Below, in pieces: positions 35,425 to 44,663 of a stretch of DNA of 62,183 bases (position 1 is its first letter; each line of letters starts with the position of its first letter). The notes beneath the pieces were generated by a model that did no database searches, had not been told where the DNA came from, and saw only the letters and a list, made by a program, of their open reading frames with translations. The stretch covers positions 1 through 62,183 of the forward strand of contig DATBTW010000256.1 in assembly GCA_036559055.1 (NCBI GenBank), in the 5' to 3' direction. Source of the DNA: Ktedonobacterales bacterium. GTDB taxonomy: Bacteria; Chloroflexota; Ktedonobacteria; Ktedonobacterales; JADMIN01. Made by a program: the position numbers and the translations under genes.

Positions 35425-36993
35425 TCACCCGTGCACATTCACCTGCCAGACGATGATCTGCGCATCCTGCTCGTCGCTGACGGCGATACGTGCGCCATCG
35501 GGCGACCAGGTGATGGGGCTGAGAGCGCCTCCGCAGCCCAGCGATGTGCTCGTCAGCGGGTAGGTGTAGTTCGCCTGCGCCACCGTCTGGCCGTTGCCGA
35601 CATTGCGGATGGTGAGTCGCCCGGCGCCGTTCGGCGCACAGTCCCAAGCGGCGAGCAGTTTGCCATCGGGGTTGCGCGCCAGGCCAACGTTGCTGTTCGC
35701 TTTGATGGCGGCCCAGATGGTCTGGTTCAGTGCGGCGTCTGGCGGTACGACGATCGGCTCCGGGATCAGGCCGGAGGTGTCGGGCGGTGGTGTAGCTGTC
35801 TCGCCTGCGATGTTCAAATAGACGCCGAGGTCGACGTTCGGCAGCGCATAGCGGCTGTCCGGCGACCAGAGCCACTGGCTGGCCTGATAGCGAACAACAG
35901 GATGCGCCAGGCCCTGCGCGGTATAGACATTGAGCACACCCTGGCGCCAGGGCGTAGTATCACCTGTCTGCGCCTGCTGATCTATCGTCAGCGCGCCATC
36001 AACTCCTAGCCGATAGCCCGCAGCGAACGGCGCCGTCAACGGCCACTGGCCACGCTGGATGTCGGCGTAGGTCGAAACGCCAGAGGTCAGATTCCACGTG
36101 AACCGTGGCGGGCTATAGATGTTCTGGACGCCGATAGGATGACTGGTATAGCCCAACGCCATGCGTCCAAGCGCGACGAAACTGCGTGGAGCGGCGTCGC
36201 CGTCCACAGGCACGGTGATCAACAGTCCACGATCCTGAAAGTGTATGTAGTCGTTGGGAGTGTAGTTGTAGCTCGCGAAAACCGCGATAGTATGGCCGCC
36301 TGGACTCCACCCCAACGATTCCGGGCGAGAATACTGGATGTTGACGAACGAGGTAGGCGAAGTAGGCTGAGTTGCGCATGCGTCGTAGCCAGCGCAGAGC
36401 AATTTAGCCGACGGTACGGGCAGCGTGATCGTGCGCGCGGCATGGCCGCTGGCGATGTCGAAGATGACGATGGCAAACTTGTCGGGCGCTGGGCCACTGA
36501 TCGTGGTTTCGCCGTTGCTCGTCTGCTGGATATTCGTCACGTCGCTGTACGGGAAGCAGCCATTGGGCGATGCGCCAACCACCGCGAGCACAGCGAGCTG
36601 CTTGCCATCGGGCGACCAGGCTGGCGTGGAGGGACACGAGAACGATCCCGCCGCCGACAGCGAGACGACTTTGCTCGCCAGCGCGGGTGGGGGCTTCGGG
36701 CCGAGCCGCAGCCCGCTATTCTTCAGGATGGCGCCGATCACCACGCCGAAGATGACCACCGCCGCGACAATCACCAGCGCGGGCGCGCGCCAGCGCCGCC
36801 ACCGCCGACGCGCCGTGGTGGCGGGGCGGCGTGGGCTGACCCCCGCGAGTTGGCGCAGCGTCGGCGGAGACGCTGGGGTTAGCGCTGGCGGCGCCTCAGT
36901 TGTGGCGGGCGTAGTTGGCTCATCGTGGGCCAGGCTGCGCAGCGCGTCGAGCCGCTGCTGGCGCGCGTCTGGCTCGTTGGGGCGCTCACTCAT
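35425..36993 (-). CDS. Membrane-anchored TolB/WD40-like beta-propeller protein, paralogue 2
   Basis: The architecture matches paralogue 1: MSERPNEPDARQQRLDALRSL, a TM helix, then WSPDG repeats. It ends in DEQDAQIIVWQVNVHG. Confidence 0.75.
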   Translation of the reverse strand: MSERPNEPDARQQRLDALRSLAHDEPTTPATTEAPPALTPASPPTLRQLAGVSPRRPATTARRRWRRWRAPALVIVAAVVIFGVVIGAILKNSGLRLGPKPPPALASKVVSLSAAGSFSCPSTPAWSPDGKQLAVLAVVGASPNGCFPYSDVTNIQQTSNGETTISGPAPDKFAIVIFDIASGHAARTITLPVPSAKLLCAGYDACATQPTSPTSFVNIQYSRPESLGWSPGGHTIAVFASYNYTPNDYIHFQDRGLLITVPVDGDAAPRSFVALGRMALGYTSHPIGVQNIYSPPRFTWNLTSGVSTYADIQRGQWPLTAPFAAGYRLGVDGALTIDQQAQTGDTTPWRQGVLNVYTAQGLAHPVVRYQASQWLWSPDSRYALPNVDLGVYLNIAGETATPPPDTSGLIPEPIVVPPDAALNQTIWAAIKANSNVGLARNPDGKLLAAWDCAPNGAGRLTIRNVGNGQTVAQANYTYPLTSTSLGCGGALSPITWSPDGARIAVSDEQDAQIIVWQVNVHG

Positions 36994-37183
36994 CGTCCCA
37001 TCCCTTCGTCATCGCGCTCACATCTCCCCCATTACGACGCCTCCTCGGTGGGCAGATTTACATCGCGGGGCGCGCCCCAGTCCCAGCCGATGCTGTATAA
37101 TCGGAGGCGAATGTCGCCGCGTGCGACGACAACCCCACCATCCTACCGATGAGAACGAGTGATCGAGGCGAGATAGAGGCGAT

Positions 37184-38182
37184 ATGCAAGTCCTCCCACT
37201 GGCGCTGTTTCTGGTGCTGCTCGAACTGACCGCCGGGTCGTTCATCAGCCTGTTCCTGCTCGATGTGCGCGGCGACAGCAGCCGCAACTTCATCATCTTC
37301 CAGGGCGTGCTGTATGCGTTGGCCGCCCTGCTGACCCTCGGCGCGATGTCTGCCTTCGCCTCGCCACAGATCGTGCATGGCTATGGGCTGGATGAGCCGT
37401 GGCTGGCCGGTCAGGGGCCACTGACACTGGCGCTGCTGCTGCTGATGATCCCCTGGAATGTGCTGCTCTGGCTCGACCGCGCGCCACGCCCCAAGGGCGC
37501 GCAGCAGGCGCGTGGTCTGCGCGCGGCGCTGGGCGAGTCGCCGCTGCGGCTGGCGCGCTTCGGGCTGGGCGCGCTCGTCTCGCTGGTGGCGCTGGCCGAC
37601 CTCTTCGTCGTCGGCATGGCCTACCGCACGCTGGCCGCCAGCCGACTGGATGGCGCGCTGGTGGTGGCGGCGCTGATCGCCGGGGCGCTGGCGCTGGGCG
37701 GCGTGATGACCGCCATGCTGCTGGGCCACTGGTATCTCAACACGCCCACCGCCTCTGGCAAGCCGCTGGAGTTCGTGACGACGCTGACGCTGGTGGCGCT
37801 CGTGCTGGAGATGGCGTTCCTGATCTTCGTTGGGCCGGCCACTATCCACGCCACTGTGCCGGTGACGCACATCACCCCCGGCACGGTCATCCACACGGGC
37901 AACGGCAGCCTGGTCGTCAGCACACCCACAGCGGCGCCGGGCCAGACGGCGGGCCAGTCGCCCGCCGACGCGCGCCAGACGCCCATCGCCACGACGGCAA
38001 TGTTCTGGCTGGAGTTTGTGCTGGGCTTCCTCGCGCCGCTGGGGCTGGGCGGCGCCGCGCTCTACCTGACGCGCGGGCGCTCGTTCCAGTCGGCCACCGG
38101 CATGCTGTACCTCTGCGTTTCCTTCATCTTCATCGGCGAGATTCTGGCGCGCGGGCTGCTGCTCTTCCCCATCTTCGGGTAG
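37184..38182 (+). CDS. Hypothetical polytopic membrane protein (about 8 TM)
   Basis: The 332-aa protein is strongly hydrophobic throughout and has GC3-rich codons. I recognise no family. Confidence 0.6.
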   Translation: MQVLPLALFLVLLELTAGSFISLFLLDVRGDSSRNFIIFQGVLYALAALLTLGAMSAFASPQIVHGYGLDEPWLAGQGPLTLALLLLMIPWNVLLWLDRAPRPKGAQQARGLRAALGESPLRLARFGLGALVSLVALADLFVVGMAYRTLAASRLDGALVVAALIAGALALGGVMTAMLLGHWYLNTPTASGKPLEFVTTLTLVALVLEMAFLIFVGPATIHATVPVTHITPGTVIHTGNGSLVVSTPTAAPGQTAGQSPADARQTPIATTAMFWLEFVLGFLAPLGLGGAALYLTRGRSFQSATGMLYLCVSFIFIGEILARGLLLFPIFG

Positions 38183-38333
38183 ACATTGGGTGAGGTCGCG
38201 AGCAGCGACGAAAATCGCATATCATAGGGGCAGGGCTGACGCATGGAGCGGCGCCCTGCCCCTTGCGTGTGTGAGGCGCGAGCAGCGCGGGCGATGTGCG
38301 GGCGATGCAGCCGATGGAGAGGAAGCGGACGCG

Positions 38334-39704
38334 ATGGCAAGTCCTTCTGGCCCGTCTGAGGTCAATCCGAAGATCTTCGGCGCCTACGATGTGCGGGGTG
38401 TCTACCCCACCGATCTCAACGACGAGACCGCCTATCGCATCGGACGGGCCTTCGCGCAGTATCTGGGCGTCGAGCGCATCGCCGTCGGGCGCGACATGCG
38501 ACTCAGCTCTCCGGCGCTGGCGGCGGCCTTCATGCGCGGCATCACCGACCAGGGCGCCGACGCCGTCGATCTGGGGATGACGACCACCGACGAGCTGTAC
38601 TTCGCCGTCGGCAAGTTCGGCTACCCCGGCGGCGCCATGATCACCGCCTCGCACAATCCCAAGCAGTACAACGGCTTGAAGATGTGCCGCGCCGACGCCG
38701 TCGCCATCAGCTCGGAGACAGGCGGGTTCGACATTCGCGATCTGGCGGTCTCCGGGCAGTTCGCCGCGCCGACGCGCCAAGGGCAGATCACTCAGCGCGA
38801 CGTCTCCGACGACTTCGTGGCGCACTGCCTCTCGTTCATCGACGTGTCGAAGGTCAAGCCGTATAAGATCGCGGTGGACGCCGGCAACGGCATGGCGGGG
38901 CTGATCGTGCCGCGCGTCTTCCAGAAGCTGCCCTGTGAACTGGTTCCGCTCTACTTCGAGCTGGATGGCTCCTTCCCCAACCATCCCGCCAGCCCGATCG
39001 AGCCGGAGAATACCGAGAAGCTGCGCAAGGTCGTGCCAGCGCAGGGCTGCAACATGGGCATCGCCTTCGATGGCGACGCCGACCGCATGTTCCTCATCGA
39101 TGAGCATGGGCGGCTGCTGGGTGGCGACATGGTGACGGCGCTGGTCGCCCACAGCCTGCTCCAGACGCATCCAGGGGCAACCATTCTCTACAACCTGATC
39201 TGCTCGCGATCCGTACCAGAGGTGATCGAGCGCGATGGCGGGCGCGCCGTACGCACGCGCGTGGGGCATAGTTTCATCAAAGCGCAGATGCGCCAGGAGA
39301 ACGCCATCTTTGGTGGCGAGCACTCTGGCCATTTCTATTTCCGCGATAACTGGTACGCTGATTCCGGGCTGATCGCCTTCCTGATCGTGCTGGAGCTGGT
39401 GAGCGTCAGCGGCAAGACCGTCTCGCAGTTGGTGGCGGAGGTCGATACACGCTTCCGCAGCGGTGAGATCAACAGCGAGGTGCATGACCAGCAGGAGCGC
39501 TTGGCGGCGGTCGAGCGCCAATTCGCCGCCCGGGGCGCGCAGATCGACCATCTGGATGGCGTCACAATCGGGTTCCCGACCTGGTGGGCGAATGTGCGCC
39601 CGTCAAATACGGAGCCGCTCTTACGTCTGAATGTGGAGGCGGATAGCAAAGACGAATTGGAGCGCCGCGCTGCCGAGGTTCTGGCGGTGATCCGGCAGGC
39701 GTAG
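38334..39704 (+). CDS. Phosphomannomutase/phosphoglucomutase
   Basis: ATG at 38334 preceded by GGAGAGGAAG. It has the active-site TASHNP, the metal loop FDGDADR, and the GEHSGH sugar-binding loop. Confidence 0.9.
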   Translation: MASPSGPSEVNPKIFGAYDVRGVYPTDLNDETAYRIGRAFAQYLGVERIAVGRDMRLSSPALAAAFMRGITDQGADAVDLGMTTTDELYFAVGKFGYPGGAMITASHNPKQYNGLKMCRADAVAISSETGGFDIRDLAVSGQFAAPTRQGQITQRDVSDDFVAHCLSFIDVSKVKPYKIAVDAGNGMAGLIVPRVFQKLPCELVPLYFELDGSFPNHPASPIEPENTEKLRKVVPAQGCNMGIAFDGDADRMFLIDEHGRLLGGDMVTALVAHSLLQTHPGATILYNLICSRSVPEVIERDGGRAVRTRVGHSFIKAQMRQENAIFGGEHSGHFYFRDNWYADSGLIAFLIVLELVSVSGKTVSQLVAEVDTRFRSGEINSEVHDQQERLAAVERQFAARGAQIDHLDGVTIGFPTWWANVRPSNTEPLLRLNVEADSKDELERRAAEVLAVIRQA

Positions 39705-39786
39705 ACACAAAGGTAGATAGCGGTAGGCGACCAGAGACCAGAAGCGACCGCAGGCGTACAACGAGCAAACTAGAGGAGGCTCAGCC

Positions 39787-40557
39787 GTGGGTGTGCTTTC
39801 GCGATTCACGACCTATGTGAAGTCGGTGTTCAGTTCGATGCTGGATCGGGCCGAAGACCCCGGCCAGACCCTCGACTATTCCTATCAGAAGCAGTTGGAG
39901 CAGTTGCAGAATCTGCGCCGCAGCATCGCCGATGTGGTGACAAGCGAGAAGCGGCTGGAGCTGCAAAAAGCCCAGCTCACCACCGACATCAACAAATACG
40001 ATGACCAGGCGCGTCGCGCGCTCTCGCTCAACCAGGAAGACCTGGCGCGGCAGGCGCTGGAGCGCAAGCAGGGCATCCAGGCGCAGTTGTCGGGCTTCGA
40101 TACGCAGATCGAGCAGCTCAAGGGCCAGCAGCAGAAGTTCCTCGACATGCAGGAGCGATTGCAGGCGCGCGTTGAAGCCTTCCGCAACCAGAAGGAAATG
40201 GTCAAGGCGACCTATGGCGCGGCCAAGGCGCAGGTGCAGATCCAGGAGCAGGTGTCGGGCATCTCAGAGGAGATGTCGGATGTCAATCTGGCGGTGCAGC
40301 GCGCGCAAGATAAGGTCTTGCAGATGCAGGCCCGCGCCAACGCGCTGGATGAGCTGACGGCGTCGGGCGCGCTGCCAGAGATTGGCTCGCCAGGCGGCGA
40401 CTCCATCGACCGCCAGTTGGCCGCGCTCTCCAGCAAGTCGCAGATCGACAACGAGCTGGCCGCCATGAAGTCGCAGATGGCGCTGCCCGCCGCCACTGAG
40501 GAAGACGCTCCACAGGCGCAGTTGCCGCCCGCCAGCGCCGAGCAGCCACAGCAGTAG
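39787..40557 (+). CDS. pspA: PspA/IM30 family protein
   Basis: GTG start. MGVLSRFTTYVKSVFSSMLDRAEDPGQTLDYSYQKQLEQLQNLRRSIADV is followed by a long coiled-coil, typical of PspA/Vipp1. Confidence 0.9.
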   Translation: MGVLSRFTTYVKSVFSSMLDRAEDPGQTLDYSYQKQLEQLQNLRRSIADVVTSEKRLELQKAQLTTDINKYDDQARRALSLNQEDLARQALERKQGIQAQLSGFDTQIEQLKGQQQKFLDMQERLQARVEAFRNQKEMVKATYGAAKAQVQIQEQVSGISEEMSDVNLAVQRAQDKVLQMQARANALDELTASGALPEIGSPGGDSIDRQLAALSSKSQIDNELAAMKSQMALPAATEEDAPQAQLPPASAEQPQQ

Positions 40558-40720
40558 CCCGCGCAAAGCCAACCGAGCAGTACACCGAGCGGTATGCGGC
40601 GTCGGCGTCGCGCCAGTCTGTGGCGTGTGCCGAGCGACCGCTGAACATGCAGCCACCGGGCGGCGTCCCGCGCGAACAGGCGTGGCGGCGCTGGCTGGCG
40701 GAGAAAAGAAGGTGGGCGAG

Positions 40721-41026
40721 ATGGTTGTACGCATCCACATGGAAGATCAGTATCGGCTGAGCGATGCGGCTGTGGTCGAGATGGACAAGCTGGATGACGC
40801 GCTGAACGCGGCGATGGACGCGGGCGATACAGCGGCATTCAGCGCCGCGCTGAACGCCATGCTGACCTATGTGCGGCAGAACGGCGCAAAAGTGCCGCTC
40901 GACGAGATCATCCCCTCGGATGTCATCCTGCCGTCCGAAGACATGACGCTGGAGGATGCGCGCGAGATCATGGAGAAGCCCATCGCGACGCCCGCCTCAG
41001 CGGATTCCACGCCGACGCCCGACTAA
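40721..41026 (+). CDS. PspA-associated protein PspAA
   Basis: MVVRIHMEDQYRLSDAAVVEMDKLDDALNAAMDAGD...PLDEIIPSDVILPSEDMTLEDAREI matches my recollection of the PspAA family (MIVRImGEGQ..l.d....LN.lD..l....). It lies directly downstream of pspA. Confidence 0.75.
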   Translation: MVVRIHMEDQYRLSDAAVVEMDKLDDALNAAMDAGDTAAFSAALNAMLTYVRQNGAKVPLDEIIPSDVILPSEDMTLEDAREIMEKPIATPASADSTPTPD

Positions 41027-41361
41027 CGCTGGACACCCCATCACAATCTTGAAGCGGCGCAGGCGCGCTGAGGAATGGCTCCTCGCGCGCCTGCGCCGCT
41101 TTGCGCCCTGGCGCTCCTCGCCTGCGCGCGCAGGAGCGGCGGGTGTGATCCTGCTCACATCTGCGATTTGTCGTGAGAGGACAGTGCGCCGACACGCGTT
41201 GTACACAGCAGGGATACTGTGTGAATGTCCGGCTCCCTTCATCCGCATGGCCGCTTGGCGCGTGATCGTATGACCACGGCCTGACCCTCTCTGCGTGACC
41301 TGAACACCTCCCCTGCCTAACCAGGCGCCGGGGGAACATCGGGAAAGGACTGCTCGGCTCC

Positions 41362-43575
41362 ATGGCTCAGAAGCGCACTCCTGTCACTGCACTCGTCCTG
41401 CTGTGTCTGCTCACGACGCTCTCCGCCTGTGGCCAGGTCGCGGCCAAAAAGGCGCCCGCTGCCCCCACACCTGTCCCGTTGCCGAAAGGCTGGAACATGG
41501 TGGCCAGCCCGCGCGTGGGCGAGGAGGGCGCCCTGCAAGATGTGGCCATCATCTCGGCCAATGACGCCTGGGCGGTCGGCAGCTACTATGGCGTGGATGC
41601 GCTCCAGCGTACCCTCACCGAGCACTGGGATGGCTCAACCTGGAGCGTCGTATCCAGCCCCAACCCGTCCACAGTTGCGAATCAACTCGTCGCCGTCTCG
41701 GCGCCCTCATCCAGCGACGCTTGGGCGGTGGGGCAGGCGACGACCGCCCCAACATCCCCGAGTGGGGGACAATTCACAGACGCGCCGATCATCGAGCGCT
41801 GGGATGGCAAAAGCTGGGCGGTGACGCCCAACCCCACGCTGGGCAAAGGCGATCACTATCTAACGGGTATCGCGGCGATCTCGCCGACGGATGTCTGGGC
41901 CGTGGGCTATTCGCGGGTGGAGAGCGGTAATGGCGTCGCGCAGGCGCCACTGGCCGCCCACTGGGATGGCTCGTCGTGGAAGGTTGTCGCCACTCCTGCC
42001 ACTGCGGGGTCAGTTGCCAATCTGCAAGCGGTCACCGCTATCGCCTCGAATGATGTCTGGGCGGTTGGCGGCGATGAGGGGCAGGGCGCAGGTTCGCTGA
42101 TCGAGCACTGGAATGGCTCGGCGTGGGGTGTGGCGCAGGATAATGGCGTGGCAGTGAATGCCAGCCAGCAGGGAACGCTCAGCAGTATCTCTGCCGATGG
42201 GCCGAATGATGTCTGGGCGGTTGGGTCAGGCCTGTATCCCTTTGCTGGCGGCTGCGGCAATGGATCCAACGTCATCATCGAACACTGGGACGGGCAGAGC
42301 TGGTCCGACGTCAATTTTCCGACTCCAGTCGCTCCCAATAGTGGCTTCTTCGGCTTCAACCACGTCGCCGTGGCGGGCCACAACGATGTGTGGGCGGTAG
42401 GCGGCGTGAATACGTACACCCGGAATATCCAGCCCGTCGCCGAACACTGGGACGGAACGCAATGGAGCATCTCATCGCTGCCCTCGCTCTCGACGGCCAT
42501 CGGGTTCGCGGGCGTAGCCGCCAAACCTGGCGCCGTGTTGGCTGTCGGTCAGACGGCCATCTCGAATGGCTACGGCGCGACGGTCGTGGGGCAGTGGACA
42601 GGCAGCCAGTGGACGCGCTTGACCAGTCCCAGCCCTGGCACGCTGACCAATGAGCTGAACGGCCTCGCGGTGATTGGGCCCAAAGACATCTGGGCGGTCG
42701 GCGACTCCGCCGCGGGGGCGCTCAGCGAGCGCTGGGATGGCGCACAGTGGACGGTCGTCTCCGCGCCGAACAGCGCCACGTCGGACAACTACCTGAACGC
42801 GGTGGCGGGTACAAGCGCCAGCGATGTGTGGGCGGTTGGCTCCGGCGCCGGAAAATTCGGGCCGGGCGTCGCCGAGCACTGGGACGGCTCAGCCTGGACG
42901 CAGGCGCAGGTTCCGGCGCATACTGGGGCGCTCAACGGCGTAGCGGCGCTGAATACGACGGACGTCTGGGCCGTGGGCCAATCAGGCGCCCTCCACTGGA
43001 ATGGCAGCGCGTGGACGACTAGTTCCGGCGCACCCGATGGCCTGCTTGGCGTGACCGCGGTCGCCGCGAACGATGTCTGGGCGGTGGGTGGTAACGTTCC
43101 ACAGAGCTGCGGCGGCATTAGCCCTGCCATCATGGCGCACTGGAACGGCAAACAGTGGATCAACTTCTCCGGCATGCCGCAGGGTATTCTCTACAGCGTT
43201 TCGGCTGCCAGCAGCGACGATCTCTGGGCGGTGGGGGATGGCTTTGGATCTCCGTTGATCATTCGCATGGATGGCAAGCAGTGGAAGCAGGTTACGCTGC
43301 CGAGCGCGCTCAGCAAGTCACTGCAGTTTGCGCGGAGTGTCTGCGCGATCTCTGCCAACGATGTCTGGATCGTGGGGCAGAGCGCTCACTCGGGTCTCTC
43401 GGCGCTGCACTGGGACGGCCAGAGCTGGACCGTGACCACGCTCAAGGCTCCGGAGCTAGCCAACGATACGCTCAATGCCGTGGCGGCGGTGTCTGCGAAC
43501 GAGGTCTGGGCCGTGGGTAGTTATTCGCAGTACTATAGCGAGCAGCAGTCGCTGATCGAGCGCTCCATCTCGTGA
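41362..43575 (+). CDS. Lipoprotein with about 14 tandem WAVG / HWDG(S)xW repeats (predicted double beta-propeller)
   Basis: It has a lipobox (LLTTLSAC/G). There are fourteen occurrences of xDxWAVG at about 50-aa spacing, each followed by EHWDGxxWS-type strands. Confidence 0.75.
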   Translation: MAQKRTPVTALVLLCLLTTLSACGQVAAKKAPAAPTPVPLPKGWNMVASPRVGEEGALQDVAIISANDAWAVGSYYGVDALQRTLTEHWDGSTWSVVSSPNPSTVANQLVAVSAPSSSDAWAVGQATTAPTSPSGGQFTDAPIIERWDGKSWAVTPNPTLGKGDHYLTGIAAISPTDVWAVGYSRVESGNGVAQAPLAAHWDGSSWKVVATPATAGSVANLQAVTAIASNDVWAVGGDEGQGAGSLIEHWNGSAWGVAQDNGVAVNASQQGTLSSISADGPNDVWAVGSGLYPFAGGCGNGSNVIIEHWDGQSWSDVNFPTPVAPNSGFFGFNHVAVAGHNDVWAVGGVNTYTRNIQPVAEHWDGTQWSISSLPSLSTAIGFAGVAAKPGAVLAVGQTAISNGYGATVVGQWTGSQWTRLTSPSPGTLTNELNGLAVIGPKDIWAVGDSAAGALSERWDGAQWTVVSAPNSATSDNYLNAVAGTSASDVWAVGSGAGKFGPGVAEHWDGSAWTQAQVPAHTGALNGVAALNTTDVWAVGQSGALHWNGSAWTTSSGAPDGLLGVTAVAANDVWAVGGNVPQSCGGISPAIMAHWNGKQWINFSGMPQGILYSVSAASSDDLWAVGDGFGSPLIIRMDGKQWKQVTLPSALSKSLQFARSVCAISANDVWIVGQSAHSGLSALHWDGQSWTVTTLKAPELANDTLNAVAAVSANEVWAVGSYSQYYSEQQSLIERSIS

Positions 43576-43745
43576 GGCCACATGCATGTGGGGCACGGCT
43601 TGACGCAGCGCCTATACTCATCGAAACTGATGCTGTCAGAGGGGTATAGGCGCGTTTCGTTGAGCGTCGCCCCGCATGATGGTGATGGTTCGCCATTCAC
43701 CCGCGAAACGCCAACCGTCCCACGGCGCCCGGGGGTGAGCCAGGC

Positions 43746-44654
43746 ATGCAACCTTCTTCGCGACAGCCCCCATCTGCCCAGCAGGCTCCAGATGCGGCAG
43801 GTGGCTTCCCCCAGGACGAACGTCAAATCAGCGGGACGCCTGACGCCCGCGGAATCTGGCGCTTTGCCGTACCTGTGTACCTGGGCAGCGCCATGGCGCT
43901 GATTCCCTGGATCATTGGCCTGGTGATCGTGCAGCCAGGCGCTGGATACGCGTACCACCTGGATTGGGTGGCGCTCGGGATCGTCGTCCTGCTCACAGCG
44001 GGCGCGCTCGCCACGGGCGCGCTCTGCGCGCTCCACTGGCGCCAGGCTGCCATCGCGGCCACGTTCATGGCGACGGTGGCGTTTGTGACCGCCTGGTTCA
44101 GCGCGCTGGCGCTCATCCGACACACGAAGACGCTCATCATCGCCTGGATGATCTTCGAGCCCCTGATCTGTCTGATGCTCTGGGTAGCCGTTCGCGTCGT
44201 GCGCTCTCGCGATTCCGGATGGAACTTGCCACGCTGGGTTGGCGGCGCGTGCTTTGTCTTTCCGGCGCTGAGCGCGCTGTGGATCGTCGGCTCTCGCGTC
44301 GTCGATGCTGTCTTCTACGGGAACAGTCTCTCGACCGTGGTGGAGGCCCGCCGATTGCGCATAGCCTGGGGTGGCCTTGACCTCTTCGAGCTTGTGGCGA
44401 TACTGGTCACTGTCTACTGTATTCGCCGTGGCTCACCCTGGGTGGTTGTCGCCGCCTCCGTGGTCGGCGGACTCCTGTGCTGCGATGCATGGGTGGACGT
44501 CATGACCTCATCAGGACTCGATCAGGCGCTCGGCGTCGCGTTGGCCTGCGTCGAACTCCCGCTTGCCGCGTACTCGCTGGCGTTGGCGGCGCGGGCGACG
44601 CACGTCTGGGGAATGCGCGCCGTGTCAAGCCCCGCAGCCGTCAGGCAGGGATGA
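43746..44654 (+). CDS. Hypothetical polytopic membrane protein
   Basis: 302 aa with about 8 hydrophobic helices, and it lies on the same strand as the upstream lipoprotein. I recognise no family. Confidence 0.55.
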   Translation: MQPSSRQPPSAQQAPDAAGGFPQDERQISGTPDARGIWRFAVPVYLGSAMALIPWIIGLVIVQPGAGYAYHLDWVALGIVVLLTAGALATGALCALHWRQAAIAATFMATVAFVTAWFSALALIRHTKTLIIAWMIFEPLICLMLWVAVRVVRSRDSGWNLPRWVGGACFVFPALSALWIVGSRVVDAVFYGNSLSTVVEARRLRIAWGGLDLFELVAILVTVYCIRRGSPWVVVAASVVGGLLCCDAWVDVMTSSGLDQALGVALACVELPLAAYSLALAARATHVWGMRAVSSPAAVRQG

Positions 44655-44663
44655 GCCTCGCTG

